A DNA stretch of 56,472 bases from a virus (taxonomy: Duplodnaviria; Caudoviricetes). The notes below the pieces were generated by a model, which was given only the letters and a program-made list of their open reading frames with translations, was not told where the DNA came from and ran no database searches. Made by a program: the position numbers and the translations under genes. This document shows positions 1 to 9,301 of the stretch, piece after piece. The stretch's first letter is position 1, and the number at the start of each line of letters is the position of its first letter. The stretch lies in the IMG/VR virus record IMGVR_UViG_3300019926_000239, positions 1 to 56,472 of that record. One strand, given 5' to 3'.

Positions 1-228
1 CCACGGTACACCGAGACGCTACGCCCACCAACCACCGGCGACGAGGAGGTACCGGACAACTACACCGGCATCGGACTCACCAGCGACGACGGCGGGCGCT
101 TCGGCGTGTGGGTGGACGGCGACCTCATCACCGTAACCGACCGCATAGGCAAAGCCGACGAGTTCTTAACCGCCCTCGGCGTACAACGCGAACACACCAT
201 CGCGGAGGAGATGGAGGCACACGCATGA
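1..228 (+). CDS. hypothetical protein, 5' truncated
   Basis: Frame 1 open from base 1 to TGA 226-228 (PRYTETLRPP...EMEAHA), acidic, ATGA overlap with next gene. Confidence 0.7.
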   Translation, partial: PRYTETLRPPTTGDEEVPDNYTGIGLTSDDGGRFGVWVDGDLITVTDRIGKADEFLTALGVQREHTIAEEMEAHA

Positions 229-539
229 ACATGGACAACAACCCGTTCGTACACGGCAGCGGCGAACTACCGGCACCGGAGGAGGTTGACGACCAATTGC
301 GGGCGATGAGCGACCGCGAGTTGGTGCGGCACGGCAAACAACTCGTCGAAGGCGCGGAAACGTTTGTTGAGCGCGATAACGTTGAGCAAGCGGAGAGTAC
401 GATATTGCGCGCGGTGGAGACGGCTAAGGAACTTTCGCGGCGCAACACGGTACGCCACCGCCGCGATATGCGCGACCTCGAACGCGGCGAGTTCTTACCG
501 GCAGACGAGTATCCCGACGACGAGGAGGGGCGCGTATGA
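225..539 (+). CDS. hypothetical protein
   Basis: ATG 225 after GGAGG; acidic; ATGA-coupled on both sides. Confidence 0.75.
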   Translation: MNMDNNPFVHGSGELPAPEEVDDQLRAMSDRELVRHGKQLVEGAETFVERDNVEQAESTILRAVETAKELSRRNTVRHRRDMRDLERGEFLPADEYPDDEEGRV

Positions 540-748
540 GCGAGGCGTATAAGTGCGACGGGTGCGGCGAGTATTACGACGGCACGCCGGCGGCGACCCT
601 CGAAATCGACTACGACGAGAGGACGGTGGGCGGCGACCTCGTCTACGTAACCGAGAGGGGCACCGAGGAAATACCATACTCACGCAACCAAACCGAGATA
701 AACACTTGCGTGAGGTGCGCCCGCGAACTCATCGAGGTGATAGAATGA
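536..748 (+). CDS. small zinc-finger protein
   Basis: CDGC...CVRC; coupled to neighbours. Confidence 0.75.
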   Translation: MSEAYKCDGCGEYYDGTPAATLEIDYDERTVGGDLVYVTERGTEEIPYSRNQTEINTCVRCARELIEVIE

Positions 749-1068
749 GCCGCGCACGTGACCCACATGAGGAAACACCGTGGGATAACGACACCAGCAC
801 GTTCCTCCTCGACCCTCCTCCACGTGAGGAGTTGGAGGGCATGAACATCTACGAGATAAAGCAAGAGTACGAGGTGGCGGGCGACACGGCAGCGCGGTGG
901 CAATCATACCACGGCATATATGAGCCGGAGAAGGACGAGGGCGGAAGTAGCATACACGCCGGTGCAAGTGGCGGGCTTGCGGGCACCCTCAAAGACCTAT
1001 CGGCGGACGAGTTTAGCCGCAAGTACGTACCGGCACGCCACCGCCGAGGAGGTGAGCCGGATGAGTGA
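745..1068 (+). CDS. hypothetical protein with HTH-like segment, paralog of 30042..30485
   Basis: ATG 745 after GAGGTGA; YEVAGDTAARWQSYHGIYEP...DEFSRKYVP matches YDVGDSVAGRWLCHYGLYEP...DEFSREYVP. Confidence 0.75.
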   Translation: MSRARDPHEETPWDNDTSTFLLDPPPREELEGMNIYEIKQEYEVAGDTAARWQSYHGIYEPEKDEGGSSIHAGASGGLAGTLKDLSADEFSRKYVPARHRRGGEPDE

Positions 1069-1351
1069 ACGCGCGTTATACTTCCGCATCAAACGCATCG
1101 GTGCAACGTTGTTCATACGGCTAACGCCGGAGGATATTGAAGCCTACTCACGCACAATCAAGAGCGTGCCCACACCGGACGGCGACGACCCATACCTCAT
1201 CCAACCGGTAAACCAACTCGGTCACATAGACGAGGACGAACTTTACGACATCGTGTTCGACCCGAACGAGTTTGATGAGGCGCGCCGTGAGTTGGTGCCA
1301 CGCGAAAAAACACCGTGGCATAACCCAGGTGGTGAGAGCGGTGACGATTGA
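1061..1351 (+). CDS. hypothetical protein
   Basis: ATG 1061 after GGAGGTGA. Confidence 0.7.
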   Translation: MSERALYFRIKRIGATLFIRLTPEDIEAYSRTIKSVPTPDGDDPYLIQPVNQLGHIDEDELYDIVFDPNEFDEARRELVPREKTPWHNPGGESGDD

Positions 1352-1736
1352 TGAGGTGCGGCAAGACGTTAACAGCACGCGGCACCGGCGCGTCCGCATG
1401 ATGTTCGGTCACGACGAGGCGTTTACGCAACTACGCGACGAGGGCACGGTGCTTACGGCGCGTGGTGGGGAGCGTAGCGCCGGACCCGTGTGGGTGAGCC
1501 GTAGCCGCACCGGCGAAAAGAAGTTCGACGCGTGGCGTGAGCATTATGCCACCGTACAACTCGACGCCGACGACGGGTTTACGCGCCGCGGTACGTTTTT
1601 CGAGTGGGCGGCGCGCATACCACTTTCAGTCACCGGCTTCGATACCGTGGCAGCGTGGGAGGATGCACTCTCGGAAAACGGTGATAGTATGCGGCTACCG
1701 CGCACCATATACGTTTACCTGGTGGAACGCGAGTAG
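1341..1736 (+). CDS. putative ASCH/PUA-like domain protein
   Basis: GTG 1341; MMF..EAFTQL..EGTVLTAR and GFDTVAAWEDAL..YVYLV pattern resembles ASCH-fold proteins. Confidence 0.45.
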   Translation: MTIDEVRQDVNSTRHRRVRMMFGHDEAFTQLRDEGTVLTARGGERSAGPVWVSRSRTGEKKFDAWREHYATVQLDADDGFTRRGTFFEWAARIPLSVTGFDTVAAWEDALSENGDSMRLPRTIYVYLVERE

Positions 1737-1875
1737 GTTGCGAGGGTTCACATCCCTCCTCCGGCTTTGAGCCTCCGCCGGCTTGAGTGCGCGCCTACGC
1801 GCGGCACGGCGCGGTTCAGCGCGGTTCTACGCAATAGCATATTATCACCACGCCGCCGTATGCGAGTTAGGGCAC

Positions 1876-1931
1876 CATAAGGTATAAGTGATACCGCCAC
1901 GGACGATTAAGTAGAAGGTGAGGTGAACCCG
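1876..1931 (+). promoter_or_regulatory. dispersed promoter/leader repeat copy 1
   Basis: CATAAGGTATAAGTGATACC...GTAGAAGGTGAGGTGAACCCG then ATG 1932. Confidence 0.9.
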
Positions 1932-2231
1932 ATGACACAAGAAACCCTAAGCGCGTACGAAAGCAACGATGAGCAAACAAACGGCGACGTGTTCGAGACG
2001 CTTGAGGAGGGCGACCGGATACAGTTCGAGAGCAAGCGCCACGCCACCAAGAAGCCACACGTAGTCAAAACCGGTTACGACGGCAGCGACTTCGTAGCGA
2101 TAGAGGGTCCGGGTGGCGCAAGCAAGATGCTTATACAAAGCGCCAACTACCGCGATTATTTGAGCGTGATGAGTATGGGCGGCAGCGGCAAAGGCGAAAA
2201 GGTGAGCAACCTCCGCGTGGTGGGAGAGTAA
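1932..2231 (+). CDS. hypothetical cassette protein
   Basis: ATG directly after repeat copy 1. Confidence 0.8.
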   Translation: MTQETLSAYESNDEQTNGDVFETLEEGDRIQFESKRHATKKPHVVKTGYDGSDFVAIEGPGGASKMLIQSANYRDYLSVMSMGGSGKGEKVSNLRVVGE

Positions 2232-2232
2232 G

Positions 2233-2358
2233 ATGGCGTTTTGCGAAGGTTGCGGTGTGGATATGTGGGAGTATAGTGAGGCGGCTAAGAGCGACGGGTG
2301 GTGCCGTGGGTGTGCGCCGGAGATGTATTCCGGTGGGACTCACGTGGACGCCGAGTAA
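2233..2358 (+). CDS. 41-aa zinc-finger microprotein
   Basis: MAFCEGCGVDMWEYSEAAKSDGWCRGCAPEMYSGGTHVDAE; below ORF-track cutoff. Confidence 0.65.
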   Translation: MAFCEGCGVDMWEYSEAAKSDGWCRGCAPEMYSGGTHVDAE

Positions 2359-2485
2359 CCAGGCGGTTGCGGCAGCGGCACTATTCTACGCGGTTCCGCG
2401 CGGTCGTAGGCACAAGAAATATTAACCACGCGCCGGTAGCACCGGTTAACCACGGCACCCTCGTCGTGGCTAACACGGGAAAAAC

Positions 2486-4927
2486 ATGGAACTCGCCACA
2501 CAAGAAGCCACACCGGACGGGGATGAGGTACGCATCGAGGAGTTGCGCGGAGAACAATACCTCGTCGCACCCATAGTCCTCGTCCGTGAGAAAGTGCTTA
2601 ACGGCGGCTACCTTTCGCCGGATGAGATGCAAGAAAGCGAATACGGGTGGAACGGGCGTCCCGTGACCGCACCACCCAACCAGAACGCAAGTGGGCACCC
2701 CACCGACGAGGAGGGCAATTTCGAGAGCGCCAACACGCCCGAAAACCTCGACGAGATGAAGGTGGGGCACCTCGCCGCGGTTGAGTATAGCGACGACCTC
2801 GAAACCGAGAACGACGAGGCAAGCAAGCACGGGCTACGTGGCGAGGTGTGGATACATCTCAAGAGCGCGAAGTATGTTGGTGAAGCCGCGGTGGATGCGG
2901 CGCAAGCGATAGCCAACAGCGAGGCGCTTGAGGTGTCCACCGGCTACTTCCACCGACCCGTCCAAGAGGAGGGCACGTTCAACGGTGAGGAGTACGACCA
3001 ACGCCAAACCGACCTTATGCCCGACCACCTCGCACTCTTACCGAACGAGAAGGGCGCGTGTTCGTGGTCGGACGGGTGCGGCGCGCCGCGGGTTAACGCG
3101 GCACTCGGCATCGACACCGAAGGCGAGGAAACCGCCACCGCTACCGCCAACGCCGACGAGGAGGATGGTGAGCCGGAAGGCGACGGTGAGGAGGACGAAA
3201 CCGACGCCACCGGCAACCAGATGGTCGGCGACATAGTACGGTGGGGCGAAGGCGGCGACGTACGCCCGCGGTACGGTGAGGTGCTTGACGTACGCCAAGA
3301 GGGAGAGCCGTACGATGAGGAAGCCGACGGTGCGGTGAGCGTACAACCGCCGGCAGCACTTATCGAGGTATGGCGTCCCATAGGCGGCGACTGGCGACCC
3401 ACCGGTACACGCGTGGCGCGTAGCCTCGAAACGATAACCGAGGTTGACGAGTTCCCCGACCCCGCTACGTATAACAGCGGCGCACCATCCTACACGGCTA
3501 CGGGTGAGATGGTGCGGTGGAACGCGGCAGCGGCTACACCTACACGTTACGGGCTAACCGTGGACGTTGAGGGTAACGAAGCCGAGGAGGTTGAGCGCGT
3601 TGAGGTACTACGCGCCACCAACGACGGTTTCGAAACCACCGGCGTCCTGGTTGAACGTGAGCGTGAGGAGTTAACCACGGTTGAGAGTCTACCGCCGGCG
3701 GAGGTTATGCGGGTGCCGGCGGCTAACCTACTTGATGAGGCGCGCACGCCAACGTATGAGGAGACGGAAACCTCATCGTGGGCGGAGGTAGCCAAAACAC
3801 TCGACAACTTCCTCTCCGCGGTTGAGGGCGTTACGCCCGACGACGTTGACGAGGTGGGCGACCTCACGGATGAGCAACGGCAGACGCTCTCCGCGCATAC
3901 GCTACTCGGCGACCCCGATGCCGATACGTTCCAAGAGGTCACTTATTTCCCCGTCGTGAACCCAAGCACCGGCGACCTCAACGAAGGCGCGCTTGAGGCG
4001 GTGCTTAGTGGGCGCGGCGCACAAGCGGATATAAGCGAGGAACAACTTGAGAGCGCGCGCCGCGTAGCGCGCAACCTCCTCAACCAAGAGTTCGACCGTG
4101 ATATTGAGAGCGAAGTGGAACTCGACCACTACACGCCGGTGGCGATGTATGAGTTGGGCGACGAGGGTGAGAACAACGAACAAGACCGCGCCGGGTTGAC
4201 AGGTCACGCCCGCGCCGCGTTCAACCGCATACTTGGAATAGACAGCGGCAACGCGGAAGCGGAGTGCGGGTGTGGCGTGTGCCGGTGCGGCTTACATAAC
4301 TTGAACGGATATATGAGTCACGACATCGACGCGCTTGCGGAAGCGAGCGGCATCAACCGCGAAACCATCGAGGGCATGAGTGACGAGGAGATTGCGTCAC
4401 TCGCCGAGAGCCTCGACCTCAACGATGAGGGTGAGGAGATGGATGAGAGCGGCGAAGCCGACGAGTCCGAGAGCGCAAACGGCAGCGACGAGGACGTTAT
4501 GGACGAGATAGATGAGGGCATAGACGAGGAACAGGAAAGCGAAAACAACAACGACGAGGTGCGCGTCCCCGACGAGGTTGAGGAGGAAATCAACGCGCTA
4601 CGTGAGCAAGTTGAGGCGCTTACGGAGAGCCAAGAGCAAGAGCGCCGCGCGGAACTCCTCGACCGGCTTGAGGTGCATTCCGTACACGACCGCGAAACCC
4701 TCGAAAACCTCGACACCGAGGCACTCGAAACGCTCGCCGAGGACGTTGAGGTTGAGGGTGAGGCGTACAACGGCAGCAGCGCCACCGGTGTGAACTACGC
4801 CGGACAAGGCGGTGGGCGTGCGCCGGAAAGCGCGGGCGAACAGGATGTTGACGAGGTGGACGCCGACGAGGCGCGCGACATGGGCGCAAACATCGGCGCA
4901 ATAGCCGGCGCGGAGGGTGGTGACTAA
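2486..4927 (+). CDS. prohead protease (DUF2213-like) fused to extra domains and acidic scaffold
   Basis: GRPVT..HP, EVSTGY, DHLALLPNEKGACSWSDGCG motifs; acidic coiled-coil C-terminus; upstream of capsid genes. Confidence 0.85.
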   Translation: MELATQEATPDGDEVRIEELRGEQYLVAPIVLVREKVLNGGYLSPDEMQESEYGWNGRPVTAPPNQNASGHPTDEEGNFESANTPENLDEMKVGHLAAVEYSDDLETENDEASKHGLRGEVWIHLKSAKYVGEAAVDAAQAIANSEALEVSTGYFHRPVQEEGTFNGEEYDQRQTDLMPDHLALLPNEKGACSWSDGCGAPRVNAALGIDTEGEETATATANADEEDGEPEGDGEEDETDATGNQMVGDIVRWGEGGDVRPRYGEVLDVRQEGEPYDEEADGAVSVQPPAALIEVWRPIGGDWRPTGTRVARSLETITEVDEFPDPATYNSGAPSYTATGEMVRWNAAAATPTRYGLTVDVEGNEAEEVERVEVLRATNDGFETTGVLVEREREELTTVESLPPAEVMRVPAANLLDEARTPTYEETETSSWAEVAKTLDNFLSAVEGVTPDDVDEVGDLTDEQRQTLSAHTLLGDPDADTFQEVTYFPVVNPSTGDLNEGALEAVLSGRGAQADISEEQLESARRVARNLLNQEFDRDIESEVELDHYTPVAMYELGDEGENNEQDRAGLTGHARAAFNRILGIDSGNAEAECGCGVCRCGLHNLNGYMSHDIDALAEASGINRETIEGMSDEEIASLAESLDLNDEGEEMDESGEADESESANGSDEDVMDEIDEGIDEEQESENNNDEVRVPDEVEEEINALREQVEALTESQEQERRAELLDRLEVHSVHDRETLENLDTEALETLAEDVEVEGEAYNGSSATGVNYAGQGGGRAPESAGEQDVDEVDADEARDMGANIGAIAGAEGGD

Positions 4928-4929
4928 CG

Positions 4930-5436
4930 ATGGCGGACGATGCCATAGTCCTCAACGGCAACGAAGTTACGTTTGTCGAGGAGGAGGGGCAACCCACCAC
5001 CGACACCGAGGATATATACCCCGGCAACCTCGTCGTCTTTGACGCCAACGGCGACGTAACCAAGAACGGCGGTGAGGCGGCTACCGGGCACGGGCAAGTT
5101 CTCGACCTCCCGTTCGACCCCGACGTGGACAAGGGCGACAACCTTAACGGTGAGTACGCCGGCAACCGCGCTTCGGTAAAGAGCATCCCCATAGGCGGAG
5201 AGGTTGACCTACGCCTCGCCGCGGGTGGCGACCTCACCACCGCCGCCAACGCCAACGTAACCCAGGGCGACCTTCTGGTTGAGTCGGCTAACGGCGGGCT
5301 TGCAGCGTTCGCATCGGCGGAAACCAGCGGCACGCCGGAAGGTGCCGTATATGAGGCGCTTGAGTCCGTAGACAACTCGGGTGCCGCCGCCGGCGTAGGT
5401 AATCAGGTCTACATAGAAGTACGGAGGATAGCATGA
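4930..5436 (+). CDS. capsid decoration/cement protein
   Basis: Small Gly/Ala-rich protein between protease and MCP; IYPGNLVV motif. Confidence 0.65.
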   Translation: MADDAIVLNGNEVTFVEEEGQPTTDTEDIYPGNLVVFDANGDVTKNGGEAATGHGQVLDLPFDPDVDKGDNLNGEYAGNRASVKSIPIGGEVDLRLAAGGDLTTAANANVTQGDLLVESANGGLAAFASAETSGTPEGAVYEALESVDNSGAAAGVGNQVYIEVRRIA

Positions 5437-6524
5437 GCGCAGAACCACAAGAGGGCACCATCCCTCGCGGAGAGCAAGCAAGTACCGACACGATAGATTC
5501 GATGATGAACGCCGCAAGCGGTGGCGGGTTCACACAACTCGCAACCCAAAGCGAACTTGCGGCACTCGTCGCAAACGGCGCGTCGGATGAGCAAGTCAAG
5601 CGTGCCGCCCAGGCGGTGAAGGAGGTACGCGCCAACTCGCAACTACGCGAGGATGAGTGGCGTAGTCTCGACGACCGCCTCATCGACATCGCGCAAAAGC
5701 GTCTCGTCGTGGTGGACTACCTACGTGACGAGGGGCTTACCATTAACGAAGACCTCGCCACCATAATCCACGAGCATGAGGACACGAACGAGTTTGGTGA
5801 CGCCGAAGTGGATATGGCGGCGCAAACGGGCGGGGCGGAGGACGTAAACCAATTCGGCATCCAGGGAACGCCTCTCCCCATAGTCCACAAGAGTTTCCAA
5901 ATCAACCGCCGTTTCCTCCTCGCAAGCCGCCGGCGTGGGCAAGACCTACGCGCAAGCGGACAAGCGAAGGCGGCGCGTGCGGTTGCGGAGGGTGTGGACT
6001 CTCTCGTATGGGACGGGTGGAACGGTGCCGTGCGCGGCTACTCCGCGGACGGGCTTACCACCCACCCCGACCGCAACACGGTGGGCATCGCCGACCCCCT
6101 CGACACGAACACCAGCGTCCAAGACCTACGCAACGACATACTTGCGGGCGTTGAGGCAATCGAGGACGATGAGTACGGCGACATCGAACTCGCCGGCTTC
6201 TTCGGGCGTGGGTATTGGCAGCGCCTACGCGCCGAGGACACCGGTACCAGCGAGGAACGTGGACTCCTCGAACGGCTACAAGAGGAGTTCGCCGACACCA
6301 TCGACATGAACATGGCACCTACGCTACCGGACGACGTAGCGGTGCTATTCGAGCCTTCGCCGGACGTGGTGGAACTCGCTATCGCCGCCGACCTCCAGAA
6401 CGTTGAGTGGGACAGCGGCGACGGCATGACTACCAAGATGAAGGTGATGGCGTCCATCACGCCGGTAGTCAAGAGCGACCAGAGTGGACAATCCGGTGTC
6501 GCCCACCTCGGACCCGGACTCTAA
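5433..6524 (+). CDS. major capsid protein (HK97 fold, encapsulin/linocin-like family)
   Basis: 363 aa; LREDEWRSLD, PLPIVHKSFQINRRFLLASR motifs; position. Confidence 0.85.
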   Translation: MSAEPQEGTIPRGEQASTDTIDSMMNAASGGGFTQLATQSELAALVANGASDEQVKRAAQAVKEVRANSQLREDEWRSLDDRLIDIAQKRLVVVDYLRDEGLTINEDLATIIHEHEDTNEFGDAEVDMAAQTGGAEDVNQFGIQGTPLPIVHKSFQINRRFLLASRRRGQDLRASGQAKAARAVAEGVDSLVWDGWNGAVRGYSADGLTTHPDRNTVGIADPLDTNTSVQDLRNDILAGVEAIEDDEYGDIELAGFFGRGYWQRLRAEDTGTSEERGLLERLQEEFADTIDMNMAPTLPDDVAVLFEPSPDVVELAIAADLQNVEWDSGDGMTTKMKVMASITPVVKSDQSGQSGVAHLGPGL

Positions 6525-6723
6525 GTAGCCGCCGTCTTGCGATGAGTTAGTCGGTTCCAAATCTCACCTCCGCGAAACCCGCTTCTTTGACACCTCACTC
6601 GACGAGTAGCCGCGGCGCTACGGTGCGCGGGCACGCGCGGTTTCACGCGGTTCCGCCGTGGTCACACGCACTTCCTAACACTCGAATAAGCAAGAAGGCA
6701 AGAAGGCGTAGGTATGGGTGGGG

Positions 6724-6779
6724 CATAAGGTATAAGTAGTACCGGTACGGACGATTAAGTAGAAGGTGAGGTGAACCCG
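6724..6779 (+). promoter_or_regulatory. dispersed promoter/leader repeat copy 2
   Basis: CATAAGGTATAAGTAGTACC...GTAGAAGGTGAGGTGAACCCG then ATG 6780. Confidence 0.9.
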
Positions 6780-6884
6780 ATGACAGAAAAAATAGACGTT
6801 GAAACGGTAACGGAACTCGAACGCGTTGCGGCGAACCCCACGGTCGTGCGCGCAACGGTTGCCCTCCTCACCGGTGGGGCGTAA
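6780..6884 (+). CDS. 34-aa cassette microprotein
   Basis: MTEKIDVETVTELERVAANPTVVRATVALLTGGA directly after repeat copy 2. Confidence 0.65.
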   Translation: MTEKIDVETVTELERVAANPTVVRATVALLTGGA

Positions 6885-7177
6885 ACAAGAGGTGAACCCA
6901 AATGAGCGAAAGAGAATCACGACACGACATAAGCGAGCGCGTAGTTGACCAGGTAATACCGGAAGCGGAGAAACTCAACGCGGTGCGTAGCGCGCGGTGC
7001 AAAGTCGGCGGTGAGCAATTCCACGGAGAGATAGGGCACTACTTCCGCCAACACCGCATAACGCTACGCGGCGACACGGATAGCGAACAGTTCCTCAAGG
7101 CGGTGAGTTACCTATGCGATAAGCACGGGCTTGAGGTGGACGAGGAGAAGGGGCACACGTTCGCGGGTGAGGATTAC

Positions 7178-8658
7178 AGGTGATACAGCAGAATGCCCCC
7201 GCCTTTAGGCGGGGGATGAATGCGTCAACCCCTTAGCCTACCGCGCCACGTAAACCCACTTGGATATTCGTTGCCTTTATATACTCTACAACCAATATAC
7301 AACTGTAATGGTCACGACGACGGTGACGGTAAAGTTCCACCAACCCACCCGTGAACGTAGACGCGAATGGCAGAAAGCCATGCGTCTCTACCGCGATACC
7401 AAGCAGTACGTCATAGACGGGTGGGAAAACGGAGACTTCGATATGTCCGTCACCACGTCGGAGATAGACAACGAACTCTACGCCGCCATACAGAACCAAG
7501 CCATACGCGAGGCTAAGAGCGACTACAAACGGGACGGGATAGTAGAGTACCACCAGAGCCAACCTTTCGCCGTCAACAACCAGAACTGGGAAGTTGACAC
7601 TACCGACAACGGCAACGTCGTCATCGGCTTCCCCTGTATAACCGGATGGTGGTACACTCCCGTAGAAGTCTACGACGAAGTGGACGAAGCCGTACAAAAA
7701 CTCATAGACGGTGAAGCCGATAAGTCACGGCTACAAGTCTACCGCCGTGGTTCTGAATGGTATGCCACCTTTAACGTCGAACACGAGCAAGACGTGGGTG
7801 GCGAAACACCTGTCGGTGTAGATGTAGGACACAACCACGTTCTCGCCGTCCGTGTACCCGACGAGGACGAATCCATGCTCGTATCCGGTAAGGAAGCGAA
7901 GTACGTCCGGCGTAAGTATCGTTCCCTACGCGATTCGCTACAGGAAGCGGGTGCGCTTCGCGCACGTAACCGCGTGGGTAACAAAGAACAGCGCCGGATT
8001 AAGGACATGAATCATAAACTCTCCCGTCAACTCGTAGAGTTTGCTTCCAAGTTTGAGAACGCCGTGATACGTATGGAGGACTTAGAAGGCATACGAGACG
8101 GTAACGGTTGGGATGGAGTCCACTCGTGGCATTTCCACCAGCTACAGGAGTTCGTCACGTACAAAGCAGAGAAAGAAGGTATCGAGGTTGAGAAGGTAGA
8201 CCCGCACAACACGAGTCAGACGTGTTCAGAGTGTGGCGAAGATGAAGACACGGTACGTGACGGCGACCACTTCGTGTGTCATGAGTGTGGGTACGAACGC
8301 CACGCCGACTTGAACGCGGCGAACAACATAGCGAGACGGGAGGGAGAAGCTTGTTAAGCAAATCGGAGATTTGCGTACCGTCGGAAATCTTCCGATTTCC
8401 GAGACTCGGCGTAACAGTCCGGCTGACGAACCGAGTGCCACGCGGGATTAGACAACCCGCCGTCGTTTTGACGCCTACCGTGAGTAGGGTGGAAGGCGGC
8501 TTTGACACCGCTACGTGTGCTGTAAAGGAGTGTCGGAGTTATAACGACACCCGACCTATGAAGGAGTCACGCGAAAGCGTACCCGAACTCCGAGGAAAGG
8601 CACAACCTTAATATCCCCTTCGGGGATTCCCGCGTCTTTAGGCGCGGGAGGATGTCAA
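7178..8658 (+). mobile_element. IS200/IS605-family (IS1341-type, tnpB only) element, 1481 bp
   Basis: Left hairpin CCCCCGCC-TTTA-GGCGGGGG, right hairpin CCCGCGTC-TTTA-GGCGCGGG ending in TCAA (8655-8658), inserted 3' of TTAC, no target duplication, no tnpA. Confidence 0.9.
7308..8357 (+). CDS. tnpB: RNA-guided endonuclease TnpB
   Basis: RuvC motifs GVDVG, MEDL, ADLNAA; zinc finger CSEC...CHEC; TTTATATA about 30 bp before ATG 7308. Confidence 0.95.
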   Translation: MVTTTVTVKFHQPTRERRREWQKAMRLYRDTKQYVIDGWENGDFDMSVTTSEIDNELYAAIQNQAIREAKSDYKRDGIVEYHQSQPFAVNNQNWEVDTTDNGNVVIGFPCITGWWYTPVEVYDEVDEAVQKLIDGEADKSRLQVYRRGSEWYATFNVEHEQDVGGETPVGVDVGHNHVLAVRVPDEDESMLVSGKEAKYVRRKYRSLRDSLQEAGALRARNRVGNKEQRRIKDMNHKLSRQLVEFASKFENAVIRMEDLEGIRDGNGWDGVHSWHFHQLQEFVTYKAEKEGIEVEKVDPHNTSQTCSECGEDEDTVRDGDHFVCHECGYERHADLNAANNIARREGEAC

Positions 8659-8678
8659 GTGGTGCTACGCGTGGTCTA
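8358..8678 (+). ncRNA. predicted TnpB omegaRNA scaffold plus flank-derived guide (5' end unknown)
   Basis: Non-coding IS right end after tnpB; by known TnpB biology the guide is the sequence just 3' of 8658. Confidence 0.55.
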
Positions 8679-8810
8679 CGAGGAACACGGTTGGGAACCT
8701 ATGTACGCCACGGCTTGAGCGGGTGCGTGCCCGCGCGGCAGCGGCACTATTCTACGCGGTTCGGCGCGGTGCTATTCACCAAACTCGCATACGGCAGCAT
8801 GACACCGAGG

Positions 8811-8866
8811 CATAAGGTATAAGTAATACCGGCGCGGAGGACTAAATAGAAGGTGAGGTGAACCAA
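8811..8866 (+). promoter_or_regulatory. dispersed promoter/leader repeat copy 3
   Basis: CATAAGGTATAAGTAATACC...ATAGAAGGTGAGGTGAACCAA then ATG 8867. Confidence 0.9.
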
Positions 8867-9259
8867 ATGAGCGCACTACCCAACGAAGGCGACCGCACAG
8901 AACCCGCGTCCATAGAAACCAGCGAACTCAACGCCGGCGATACGCTACAAGGCGAAACCGGCGACTACCGCGGAAACGGCAAATGGAACTTCCACAACTA
9001 CTCGCTACCGGCTAACTTTATGGTAGTTGAGGAAGGTGAGGACAGCGTGACCCTCATACACCGCGGCGACCGTTTAGCGTACAACGTGAGCGAAAACTTA
9101 CGTCCCGACCTCGACACGTTCACCCTCAACCGCGACGGCACGATAGAGGGATACGAGGGCGGCGTGGACGCAACGCTTGCGTGGAAGGAGGTTGAGGTGG
9201 TTGAGGGACTAAGCGGGCGGCACTACGTAGCCGAAGCACTTGCGCACCGTGAGGAGTAA
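8867..9259 (+). CDS. hypothetical cassette protein
   Basis: ATG directly after repeat copy 3. Confidence 0.8.
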   Translation: MSALPNEGDRTEPASIETSELNAGDTLQGETGDYRGNGKWNFHNYSLPANFMVVEEGEDSVTLIHRGDRLAYNVSENLRPDLDTFTLNRDGTIEGYEGGVDATLAWKEVEVVEGLSGRHYVAEALAHREE

Positions 9260-9301
9260 GCGGGCGAAACGCCTAACAACCCCGCGCACTATTTTACGCG
9301 T

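Larger units (their letters stand above)
6902..8718 (+). pseudogene. cassette gene interrupted by the IS (6902..7177 + 8659..8718)
   Basis: Removing 7178..8658 restores ...HTFAGEDY-VVLRVVYEEHGWEPMYATA* in frame; as it stands the ORF stops at 7183. Confidence 0.75.

Noticed and set aside
5433-6524. Encapsulin nanocompartment
   Set aside because: Context with protease, portal, terminase and tail genes shows it is a viral capsid protein.
8285-8611. ORF in the IS right end as tnpA
   Set aside because: No HUH or catalytic Tyr motif; it overlaps the expected omegaRNA.
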